Positions 39,350-51,237 of a stretch of 64,000 nucleotides of DNA are shown piece after piece. The DNA is taken from contig OX597830.1 of assembly GCA_951406725.2 (NCBI GenBank), positions 10,540,001-10,604,000 of the forward strand. The letters are read 5' to 3'. The stretch is from Octopus vulgaris. Lineage: Eukaryota. Made by a program: the position numbers and the translations under genes. Below the pieces are notes generated by a model. The model did no database searches. It was not told the DNA's origin and saw only the letters and a program-made list of their open reading frames with translations. Position 1 is the first letter of the stretch. Every line of letters starts with the position of its first letter.

Positions 39350-40100
39350 GCAGGGGCAATTAAAAAAACAAACAGAGAGCCTAATTGTAGCAGCCCAAGA
39401 TCAAGCAATAAAAACAAACAACTTGAGTAAAATATATGTGGATAGAATGTGTCAGAAAAATGTAGAGCCTGTGGAACTTGGGACAAGATAGTGGCACATA
39501 TTGTAGCAGAATGCTCCAAGTTGGCACAGGAAGAATATAAGAAATGGAGGCATGGGGATTTGAAGCTGGAAACACATGGTAGAATCATCGAGTCAAAAAA
39601 GTACTGGAGTCAGAGAAATGTAAGATTTTGTGGGACTTTGCTATTCAAACAGACAAGAAGTTAGAAAACAAGAGACCAGACATAATGATTGTGGATAAGG
39701 TAAAGCAAAGTTGTTTATTTATTGACCCTTCATGCCTGTTTGATTCCAGGATCATAAAGAAAGAGGAAGAAAAACAAAAAAAAAAACACAATCCCTTAAA
39801 ATTTGAAATAGGAAAAATTTGGAACATGCAAACAGTAAAGGTCGTTGCTATAGTAATTGGTTCACTGGGAACAGTAAGCCAAGATATAGACAAATGGCTG
39901 GAAGAGATTGAAACAAGATACCCGGTAGAGCTCCTAGAGAAAGTTTGCCTCTTAGGGACAGCAAGGATTATCAGGAGGATCCTAAGCACTTGAAAGACTG
40001 CTGAAAACTTGTGGATACCCAAGGTTACAGGTAGTACCCCACTACCCACATAAACTCTACCAGGAATAAGACCGAAACTGAGCCAAACCAAAATAAATGC
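39350..40100 (+). mobile_element. R4/Dong-type LINE 3' fragment (CCHC knuckle plus restriction-like endonuclease)
   Basis: CRACGTWDKIVAHIVAEC, then WDFAIQTDKKLENKRPDIMIVDK...IDPSC...AIVIGSLG...LLGTARIIRRIL; sits next to (AAT)n. Confidence 0.85.
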
Positions 40101-40829
40101 AAAAGATTATTTTAACTGGTATGTCACAAGATCAGCCCAAGGCTATAGTAGAAGACACTTTCCCAAGGTGCCACACAGTGGGACTGAACCCAGAACCATG
40201 TGGTTGGTAAGCAAGCTACTTACCACACAGCCACTATATATATATATAATTATCACCATTATAATCATTGAATGTCTGCTTCACGTGCTGGCATGGGTTA
40301 GAAGGTCTGATAGGATCTAAAGAGTGCCAGGACTGCATCAAGCTCCAATGCCTGCTTTGACATGGTTTCTGGGGCCAGATGATCTTCCTAATGCCTAAGA
40401 CTTTACAGAATGTATTGGGTGCTCTTTCATGGTAGCAGAACTACTAAAGTCACCAAGTAATTTGCAAGATAAAGAAATGAAAATAAATGCCCTTGGCAGT
40501 GAATTAATACTTCTGGTTGAACCCCAAAACACTCTGAACCATAAAGCTCTCAATTCGGTACATCGTCACTGATTTGACATTCATTTGCGAAGCTTGCATG
40601 GATCAGAGAAAATGCACTGAGGCAAATTTTCTCAAGCCAGATGCCTTCACTGTTGCCCACCCTTCCATGGCTATAGGGGAACATTTCCCCATAACCAGAC
40701 ATGTTTTACACAAAAGAATTGAAACAAACGACAATGCTTGTATAATAGAGATGCTTTTGCAGTCATCATGTGATGTGAAGATAGAGACACACACACACAC
40801 ACACACTGACAATATACATACGCACAACC

Positions 40830-41225
40830 AGCTTCCATGCCAGTGGCACTTAAAAGGCACCATCTGAGCGTGATCATTGCCGGAGCGGCTACCTGGCCTC
40901 CGTGCCGGTGGCACGCAAAAGACACCATCAGAGCGTGATCGTTACCAGTGTCGCCTTACTGGCACCTGTGCCGGTGGCAAGTGTAAAAGATTCGAGCGAG
41001 GACGTTGCCAGTACCACCTGACTGGCCCCGTGCTGGCAGCACGTAAAAGCACCCACTACACTCTCGGAGTGGTTGGCGTTAGGAAGAGCATCCAGCTGTA
41101 GAAACTCAGCCAGATCAAGATTGAAGCCTGGTGCAGCCATCTGGTTCGCCAGACCTCAGTCATTCGTCCAACCCATGCTAGCATGGAAAGCGGACGTTAA
41201 ACGACGACGATGATGATGATGATGA
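40830..41225 (+). mobile_element. RTE-type LINE 3' UTR copy (further copies ~26118-26330, 28075-28236, 40250-40470, 58440-58590)
   Basis: Same family and (GAT)n tail. Confidence 0.75.
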
Positions 41226-41376
41226 CATGTACATGCACGTGCACACAATAACATAATCTTTCTTCCATGACCAGACAAGTTTTCACAGAATATTGAGAAT
41301 AATATTCATAACAATGACAGATTGTCAAAACAGCAATACACAAACACACACACACACATTACATACATACATATAC

Positions 41377-41609
41377 ACTTTTACTTGTTTCAGTCATTTG
41401 ACTGTGGCCATGCTGGAGCACTGCCTATAGTCGATCGAGCAAATCGATCCCAGGACTTGTTCTTTGTAAGCCTAGTATTTATTCTCTCGGTCTCTTTTGC
41501 CGCACCGCTAAGTTACAGGGACGTAAACACACCAGCATCGGTTGTTGAGCGATGTTGGGGGGACAAACACAGACACACAAACATACACACACACACATAT
41601 ATATATATG

Positions 41610-41646
<37 letters not shown>

Positions 41647-41780
41647 ATATACGACGGGCTTGTTTCAGTTTCCTTCTACCAAATCCACTGACAAGGCTTT
41701 GGTTGGCCCAAGGTGCCACACAGTGGGACTGAACCCAGAACCATGTGGTTTGTAAGCAAGCTACTTACCACACAGCCACT

Positions 41781-41783
<3 letters not shown>
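41377..41783 (-). mobile_element. SINE family A (more partial copies ~15740-16310, 40135-40235, 42817-42970, 43310-43430, 50100-50340, 50861-51362, 58870-59190)
   Basis: Consensus match. Confidence 0.8.
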
Positions 41784-41840
<57 letters not shown>

Positions 41841-42433
41841 AAGACTTCTTCATCTACATACACATGCATATATATATATATATATATAGCTAGATACATA
41901 TATGGATATGTATGTATGTATGTATGTATAAATATATGATAGGCTTCCACACAGTTTCTGCCTAAGAAACCCTCTCCCAAAACTTCATTTAACTCAGAGT
42001 TATAGTAGAAGACATTTGCCCAAATTGCCATACACTGAGACCGAACTCATAACCATATATGGGGAGCAAGTATCTTCAACACACACGTGTGCACGCACGC
42101 ATGCACGTGCACACACAGCCATGCTCGCATCAATAAAAATCGTCAATTCCTATTTTAATTTCCAGAAAGATCTGAGACCAATTCTCGTACTTTGTTCAAC
42201 AATTCCAGAACAAACAGCTAAGGACAGTATGAAGTACCTCCTTCTCTGCCCATCCACCCTCATTTCATTCTAATTTAATACAACATCCTTTTGATAGCAA
42301 CACAGATGACTGCACAGGGGAGAGAGGGTATCGGGGTATGATAGGGTACAGTGAAACACGAACTGACAAAGAGGACGGCAGCCAGTAAATGCAGACGTTT
42401 GAGGAGTATTGAAACAATGTCTGTTTGTTTGTT

Positions 42434-42492
<59 letters not shown>

Positions 42493-42716
42493 TAGCATGT
42501 GTGCGCTTATCAATAGCAATACCAAAATAACAAAATATCCCTATAGATTCACTATTATTGACACTGTTCGCATCACATAACACATACAGAGCCCATGTGT
42601 ATATATGTGTGTATATGTATGTATGTATATATGTATGTATGTATGTATGTATATCTGTCTATTAGCCCACACGTTTATGTCTAGAAATATATACAGTATC
42701 ATCAATAACAAACACA

Positions 42717-42774
<58 letters not shown>

Positions 42775-43283
42775 TATATATGTTTATATATTATATATTT
42801 GTAATTATTGATATCCATGGCTGTGTAGTAAGAAGTCTGCTTCCCAACCACATGGTTCTGGGTTCAATTCCAATGCATGGCAGCTTGGGGTAGTGTCTTC
42901 TACTATGACCCCGAGCCAATGCAAGTTTTGCATGTGGATTTGGTAGATGGAAACTGAAGAAATCTTGTCATATATATGTGTGTGCATGTGTGTGTGTGGT
43001 GTGTGTGTATATGTATAGAAGGTTGAAAAGTAACCCATAAGTTGATATGCATAAGGAAAATATGACAAGGTAGAAAATGCTAAACTAATTTTATCATGAA
43101 GAACATTTTAGTACCAGTTTCTGCCTTTTAAACTTTTTCAACTTGGAGTAAAGCATGAAAAACATTTAAATTGTGAAAAAATTAAATGAAATGTCTTTTA
43201 AAAATATTTCCAGTGATTTCAAATGCAAGGGACATTTTCCTTTTTTCTGCTTGTCTCTGTCTCTCTGTTTTACTCATGAGTAC

Positions 43284-43316
<33 letters not shown>

Positions 43317-43472
43317 ATGGGCTTCTTTCAGTTTCCCTATTCCAAATCCACTCACAAGTCTTTGATCAGCCCCAAGCTATAGTAAAAGACATTTGCCCAA
43401 GGTGTCAAGTAGTGGGACTGAACCCAGAACGACATTATTGCAAATACAATACACACATATACATATATATAA

Positions 43473-43515
<43 letters not shown>

Positions 43516-43519
<4 letters not shown>

Positions 43520-43670
43520 TTTATTCAACCTATTCCCCTCTCAGATTCACACACTTATTGCAGCAGTCCTTCAGTTTTTCTAAGCCCTGTAAACAAATTC
43601 AGAAGGCTGGGCCTCCAACCAGGCCTTTTGCGATACCCTTAAAGCCAGGAACTTTTCAGCAACCCCCATA
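43516..43670 (-). mobile_element. Partial copy of the same mariner-derived MITE
   Basis: Reverse complement (gggggttgctgaaaagttcctggctttaagggtatc...aataagtgtgtgaatctgagagggg) aligns with 63420-63560. Confidence 0.65.
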
Positions 43671-43675
43671 TAAAT

Positions 43676-43706
<31 letters not shown>

Positions 43707-44456
43707 CACACACATACGTGTTTAGCTGAGGGAGCAGACATCGGGTGTATCCTGTGACTTCATACAATGAATTGCTGCAAGGCAGACTTTTAGGTTTCTG
43801 TAAACAAATTGGCACCATTTTGGTGGTTCAAAGACTTTTTTACCCTTGGAACTCTTAATGGATACTGTTGCTCTCTTTTGTTTGTCTCTACTATCTGACC
43901 CCTGCTTCACACACACTCTCACATGCACACATCTACATTCAAACACACACACATCTATATATCTTATCTGTGTGTGTGTGTGTGTGCGTATGTGAACATG
44001 GGCATGTATGTGTGTATGATTGTGTGTGTGTCTGTAAATGCATATGTATTTACAATGAAACATATATACACACACATGTATATATGTATTATATACATAT
44101 ATATATACATATATATATAAATAATATATATATATATATATATATATAAATATATATATATACATATATATATACATATATATATACATATATATATACA
44201 TACATATATATATATACATACATATATATATGTATATACATATATATACATACATATATATATACACATACATGTAAGTATAAATAAATATATATATGGC
44301 TGTGTATATCAAAGTACATGAACGCATAAATATATAGGATACATCCCCTTATCTATGACTGTGTATATATCGAAGTACAAACATGCATACACACATACAG
44401 AAACAGATACAGTGTTTGTATGTGTATTAATGCTTGTCAAGTCTGTATGGATATAC

Positions 44457-44501
<45 letters not shown>

Positions 44502-44656
44502 CACATTTAAAGATAAATTAATACGCATGTATAGTAGTACGTCGGTTTTCGAACAACTCTGATCTCGAAGCATTGGATGTGGCATGCAAGAGAGACGTTT
44601 GCGTTGGTATGGTCACTCCCTTAGGAATGAGGACTGAGGTTCGAAATTTCCCCAAG

Positions 44657-44699
44657 ACACCTGATGAAGGCTGTGGGGGGTATATCAGCTGAAATGTGT
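44657..44699 (+). ncRNA. Degenerate minimal hammerhead-ribozyme-like motif (Penelope type)
   Basis: acac-CTGATGA-a-ggctg...cagct-GAAA-t-gtgt: stem I acac/gtgt and stem II present; stem III and cleavage triplet eroded. Confidence 0.5.
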
Positions 44700-44774
44700 T
44701 AACAACAAACAAGATGAGGTCAGAAATATTAAATTTCTAAATATCTCATAGAGATATGTACGGTGGTGGGGCAA

Positions 44775-45000
44775 TAGAGTGGTTGTATACTCTAAACTTA
44801 ATGTGACAGTAAGGGAATTACACCACCGCTGTTTAGCCCTAGGAAGCATCGACGCCTCCAGTTGGCCTTGATACATTTCCTGCGTCCTTATATATTTATA
44901 TTTATATATTTATATATTTATATATATGCTTCCAAGGGCTAAACAGCGGTGGTTTAATTCCCTTACTGTCACATTAAGTTGACAGTATACAACCACTCTA
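44775..45000. repeat. 75-bp inverted repeat, 76-nt spacer
   Basis: Arms 44775-44849 and 44926-45000 with a few mismatches. Confidence 0.9.
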
Positions 45001-45302
45001 AGATGAGGTCAAATATCCATCAAATGTAAATAATGTAAATAACATGCAAATACAATGCTGTAACAATATACTGGAATAAAGTATGAAACCATTTATTTAT
45101 CATAAATAAACTAAGTTATATACAAGTGCCATGTTTTCAACTTCATCTTCTTTCAGATCAGTTGAAGAGCTGTTTATATTTTGGTTCCAGAGAATTACTG
45201 TGCAGGATGTAAGAACTTGTGTTTCTGGTTGTCATGTTTTGTGTCTCAAAAATCAGCCACCAAATTGGTGCAGTTCCTCAATGGTTTCCTTGTCACCTTT
45301 TC

Positions 45303-45749
45303 TTAGATTTGATGACCTGATCTTATGCATGTCATTACAGGCTGACCAGGCCATACCCTTTCTAGTTATCAAAGAAGCTTGAGAGGCGGTTGGATGGAAC
45401 CTACACTCGCCTCCTTATGAGAGCTCAAAATCTCTCGTGGAAGCGTCATCCAACCAAAATGCAAATACATGGGAAACTACCACCTGTGTCATCTCTTGTG
45501 AAAGGTAGGAGAGTCCAGTTTGCTGGACATTGTTGTAGAGCTGAAAATGAGGTAATTTCTACTCTTCTCCTCTGGAAGCCATCTACTCGCAATACCAGAG
45601 GGCGCACACTCTCCTACCCTGATGTAATCTCCAGGGATACAGGCATCCAGCAACAGGACCTCCGTAATGCCATGATGGATCGTGAAATCTGGCGTCGCAT
45701 GGTAAATTCCATTGTCTCGACCACCGTCGAACAATGATGATGATGATGA
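45303..45749 (+). mobile_element. 5'-truncated RTE-like LINE with inverted 5' segment, (TGA)n tail and TSD
   Basis: Plus 45366-45737 LSKKLERRLDGTYTRLLMRAQNLSWKRHP...FAGHCCR; minus 45370-45303 ITRKGMAWSACNDMHKIRSSNL. TSD tgtcacc(t/c)tttc at 45291-45302 and 45750-45761. Confidence 0.85.
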
Positions 45750-46100
45750 TGTCACCCTTTCAACTAACTGACAAACAGATGAAAGTTCACCATTCCTTTC
45801 ATCTTTCTAGAATTTTTCCATTTAGATAATTCTTAAAATGTTTCATAAAGGTAACACAACCATTAAATAATGGTAGACATATATCAGGTATGGGTAATGT
45901 ATGCTCATTAAGGTGGTGTAACGAGATGACATGATCTCTCTGCATAACTGCCATCATAACAGAAGCAATTCTTCATAAGTTTGTGCTAAGAGACTGTGGT
46001 ATTTTCATTTGTTTGCAATATTTTATAATCAATAATAATTATTGGGTCTAGCTGACTTATGCTTGTCTGGCCCCTGAGTCTACAACACCCATTATATACA

Positions 46101-46361
46101 CCGGCCTTGCATCGAAAGGGAATTGGGTTAATATTCCCGAACTCAGAGAGCACCTGTCCGGTGGCAGGAATGTGGCGTGCTCCTAGCAGCACGTCCGTCA
46201 TCGAAGCCAGCAACCGGGCAAAGCAGCAGCAGTGCAAGTGAGCCCGGAGACATTACCGGGAGCCCCGAGAAGAGTTCTCTCTTCTTCGTAAAGGACCACG
46301 TCCGTGGAATAGGCTTGTTTGGAGATACCGATATAGTGCCTGTAGAGCGCTGCGTCAGGTT
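46101..46361 (+). pseudogene. 28S (LSU) rRNA fragment, tailless retrocopy with 10-bp TSD
   Basis: Conserved LSU blocks CGAAAGGGAATTGGGTTAATATTCCCGAAC (from 46113) and CCCGGAGAC...GGGAGCCCCGAGAAGAGTTCTCTCTTCTTCGTAAAGG. Flanked by attatataca at 46091-46100 and 46362-46371. Confidence 0.88.
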
Positions 46362-46907
46362 ATTATATACAGGGCAAGTTTTTGATACATCTTAAAATAT
46401 AGAAAGCACACCTTAAACACCATTAAATAAGGTGTATTCAAACTTGAGATCTCATCTGGAGTCTTGCAATGGAGAAGACTGCCAGCATGGGTTTGAAGTG
46501 ACTTCTTGAGGCACTGATCCTTAACCACAGATCCTCTTCTAGTTGTCAGCCCTTGCTTCAAACTTTCAAATGGCAAACTATTCAATGATAAGATATGTTT
46601 TCAATTTCTTTATGACAGGCATCAACATTGATAGTGCCACAAAGTTATGAAGGACTACACTATCCAATGTGCCCTTCTTTTTTTAAAAAAGGATAGTGTT
46701 GTTTGAAAGAAATTTACCTGTTACTTCTTGCATGATGAGCACTGGCTGACCTCAATGAAGGATTGAGCAAGAGGACTGAGATAACTGAGTTGATTAAGTT
46801 ACAGACCAATAATAGCGTGGCCAGTAGCTCATGTCCTATCCACAGCTCCATGCTGGTTTTATTTCCATGGGACCTAATGCTCAATGGTTCCATATGTACC
46901 TAGTTTG

Positions 46908-47198
46908 TCATAGGTACCTCAGAGTGGTACCAATGTTAGCACAAACTGCAAAGTGAAATCAATGACTAATTTATTTGGTTTACACAACAGAGATCCGTTT
47001 CTTGAATAAATTACTCAAACTGGATTGATGAGTGTGCAAAGAACCAGCTCATAGGTACCTCAGAGTGGTACCCTTCACCAATGTTAGCACAAACTGCAAG
47101 GTGAAATCAATAACTAATTTATTGGTTTACACTACAGAGATCTGTTTCTTGAATAAATTACTCAAACTGGATTGATGAGTGTGCAAAGTACCAGCTCA
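46908..47198. repeat. Tandem duplication of ~141-147 bp
   Basis: tcataggtacctcagagtggtacc...gtgtgcaaag.accagc occurs twice (46908, 47049), with tca microhomology at the junctions. Confidence 0.9.
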
Positions 47199-49951
47199 AT
47201 GAAGTCTTAGGAACCCACAAAGACACAGACTTGTTTAATTTCTGGAGAAAAGGATATCTTAGAGCTTTGGATAGATCACAATCTAAGAATAGATCTATGT
47301 GTTAACAGCTGAAATCTAATCCTGAATAAGGGGCCCCGTATTGTTAATTGTTGTCCATAAATTTGTTTAAAGCAATTTTGTGTTTGGTGTCTAAGGTTAC
47401 GTGTACACATATTTTGTACTTGATGTTGGCAAAATGTTTATTGACTTTTTTTCCCATAGTTAAAGGTCGCACAAATCACCTGCTATTCTGTGATGTCTTA
47501 ATCTGGCAGAACTATTAAGGCATTGGGAAAAAATGCTTTCTGGCATATGCTCTATCTATTGACCCTCTGAGTTAAAATCCCTGCTGAGGTCAACTTTGCC
47601 CTTTAGTCACTAGGGGGAAAGAAAAGAAAGTACCTGACAAATACTGAGAGTGATACAGTTATCTAATGCTCTCCCCTCAAAAATGCTGCTAGCCATCTGC
47701 ATAAATTAAAAACAATTTTTATTATTATTATTATTATTATTATAGGTTCGGGGCTCTGAAAGGGGTCTCAGGGAATAGCGTCCCTACCTTCCTGAGCTAG
47801 TTTTCCACCACATTTCTTAAAAATTGTGGTAGAGGCCTTGGTCTCAGGACCATTCATGTTTAGAAACTGAGGTTGAGTGGTAAGCAAGGGCATGCTCCCT
47901 GTAGAAAACCCAGCTCCAAAAAAGTCTCATGATAGCAAAGGAGAATGGGCACCAGCCAGCCAGCCAAAATGTTGGAGTGGGCTGCACCTGCCTACCTCAG
48001 TTGCTATGGCATTGAGGTAAATCCAGCCACCCCCGATAACAGGGACAAATGCAGATTTAAAACACTGCATGATTATTATTATTATTATTATTATTGTTGT
48101 TGTTATTGAGTGAGAGAGCAGTGCATGCCATCAAAGTGACACTGGGGTAAAATACACGAAGCCCAGTATACCTATCCTGACTACCCGTCTGATAAGGGTA
48201 CACTAGGCAACATGCATCACAACCATGTGTGCATGGTGGTGGTGGTAGTAGTAGTAGTAGTAAAGCAGCAAGATGGCAGAATCATTAAGACGCTGGACAA
48301 AATGATGCTTAAGCATTTTGTCCGGCTTATATTCTGAGTTCAAATTCCGCCAAGGTCAACTTTGCTTTCCATCCTTTGGAGGAGGTGGGGATGGTGGTGG
48401 TGGTGGTGGTGGTGGGAGGATCATGGTGTCTTAACAGTGTGCGTTAGTTGTAAGCAAAGCGTCTCCATCATAAGAAGCAGTGCCGTGCATTTCCAGTCTT
48501 CTGTGAAAACATGTCCAATCTCAGGGGAAATATTACTTCGCCTGGAAACAGGTGAAGGTTGGTGACAGGAAGGGCACCCAGTCATAGAAAATCTGCCTCG
48601 ACAAATTCCATCCGACTCAATACTGGTATGCAAATGTAAATACTAAAATGATGATGATGACGATGACGTTGATGATGATGATGATGATGATGATAATGAT
48701 GATGATGACGTTGATGATGATGATGATGATGATGAAATAATTGTGTGTGTGTGTGTGTGCATAAGAAAAAAAAAAGTTCTAACATTTGCAGGCTTGAATC
48801 ATTAAAGACACTTCTTTCGGTGCAACTTGGGAAGAATCTTGACATATCATGATTTATGCAGCATGTGCACCTAAGTAAATTCTTCAGCTAAAATGCATTA
48901 CATGCAGTATGTTGCTCGACAAAGCTGAATAGCAGGTGGCGCTCTGCTTAAAACACAATGTTTAAATTTAGTAAAATAAGAAGAAAAAAAAAAATTAAAC
49001 GAAATTTTTTTTTTTAAATTAAGAGTTTCTCATGTTAATTAGTCGCTTATTTAACGCTCAGCCTCTTTTTTTTTTTGTTGTTGTTGTTGTTTCATTTTTT
49101 GCATTGCACATTTCTGTGTTGCAAAAATAAACAAATATTAATTTGTTTATCTTAGTGAAGTCTGCAACACATACGATTCCAGATCCCACCCAATGTCTTT
49201 GCAAAATGGGGGATAGGAACAGAACAATGGCCAGCTCTGACATGGCAAAGTAAATCTTTACATCGGTTTTCTGTTTCAATATAATTTCAATATAACATGT
49301 CAGGGTTTGATGCAGCGCCACATGTTTATTTTCTGTCATGTTTGCTCTGGTTCTGCTAAACCTGCAATTTATGAGTTAACGATGGAGAACATAATGAAAG
49401 AGAAAATTCAATAAATGAGAGTTGATTGTTTCTTTTTAATTGGTAAATGAGAGAAAATATCTTTATTAACGACACACACTCAGCAGGGGAAGGATTAGTG
49501 TCGTGTTAAGAGTTCAGAACTTGGTTTTATAAAAATATATTTCAAATTCTTTAAATCTGTGAATATTATGGATTTATTTACAGGAAACATGAAACTGGGT
49601 GGAAATGTTGAAGAAGCAACAAGAATACTGGGTTGTAAATAGCTCTTTCTCTCTGTCTGCCTATCTCTCTATCTATCTGTCTCTCTATTTAACTAAGTAT
49701 CTATCGATCTTTCTGTCTATCTATCTATCTATCTTTATGTCTATCTATCTATTTATCTATCTGTCTTTCTGTCTGTCTGTCTGTCGATCTACTTAAATAT
49801 CTAAGTATTTATCTATCTATCTCTCTATCTATTTAACTATCTCTCTCTCTCTCTATCTATTTATCTATCTATCTATCTGTCTGTCTATCTCTCTTTCTAT
49901 CTGTCTGTCTGTCTATCTCTCTCTCTCTCTGTCTATCTATCTATCTGTCTA

Positions 49952-49987
<36 letters not shown>

Positions 49988-50664
49988 TCTAGCTAGCTAG
50001 CTAGCTAGCTATCTGTCTGTCTGTCTATCTATCTATATATCTGTCTGTCTCTTTATCTATTCACCTAGCTATCTATCTGTCGAATACATGTATGTATGTG
50101 TGTGTGTGTGTGTCTTTGAGCCTGTGTTGTCCCCCCCCCCCCCACTGCTTGACAACCGGTGTTGGTGTGTTTACATTCCCATAACCTAGAAGTTTGGCAA
50201 AGGACACAAAGATCATAACTGTCAGGCTTTGAGAACAAAAAGTACTGGGATTGATTCGTTTGACTAAAAATCCTTCTTCAAGGCAGTGCCCCAGCATGGC
50301 CACAGTCTAACAACTGCAACAAGTAAAAGATAAAAGATATATATATATATATACATAACAAGTGCAACTTCTAACATTTATTTTCCGATTCCATTAGGAC
50401 GAAGGGTAATACCCAGAACCGATGAGATTCAAAATTAGATTACAGAAGAACACATAAGCAGTACAGGAGACTTCAACTGAAGACCTCTCATTTCCATTGT
50501 CCACTATCCTCCTTCTGTACGTCTTGATAATAGCCAGTAGCAGGGAGGGAACTTTACCACAGAAAGCAAACAGGAATTGACCCCCAATGACTTCCTCCAT
50601 TACTGCAAAGTGATCAAGTCATAAATCCTTGTTCCTTATAAAACGAATGCAACATGTGGCAAAC

Positions 50665-50716
<52 letters not shown>

Positions 50717-51022
50717 TATCCTTATCGACATCCTTTCTCAGATTCCTAGAGTCATTAAATGTTTCCTTTTGAATATTACAACACTCCTTCACGGTTATGA
50801 TCTCTTGGAGAAGTAAATACTTTTGATTATATATACATCTATAATTAATTATATATACATAGGCGCAGGAGTGGCTGTGTGGTAAGTAGCTTGCTTACCC
50901 ACCTCATGGTTCCAGGTTCAGTCCCTTGCATAGCACCTTGGGCAAGTGTCTTCTACTATAGCCTCGGGTTGACCAAAGCCACGTGAGTGGATCTGGTAGA
51001 TGGAAACTAAAAGAAGTCCATC

Positions 51023-51079
<57 letters not shown>

Positions 51080-51189
51080 GGAGTAAACACATAAATGTGA
51101 AACAAGGTGGAAAAAAGAGTACTCAAATACCAGGGGTAGAGTAATATGCTTTATTCAAAGCAGCAGAAAATTCTGCTGCTTTAAATAAA

Positions 51190-51237
<48 letters not shown>

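Noticed and set aside
43110-43147. Possible third hammerhead on the minus strand (agtTGAAAAa...GAAActggtact)
   Set aside because: Core and stem II are too degenerate to support.
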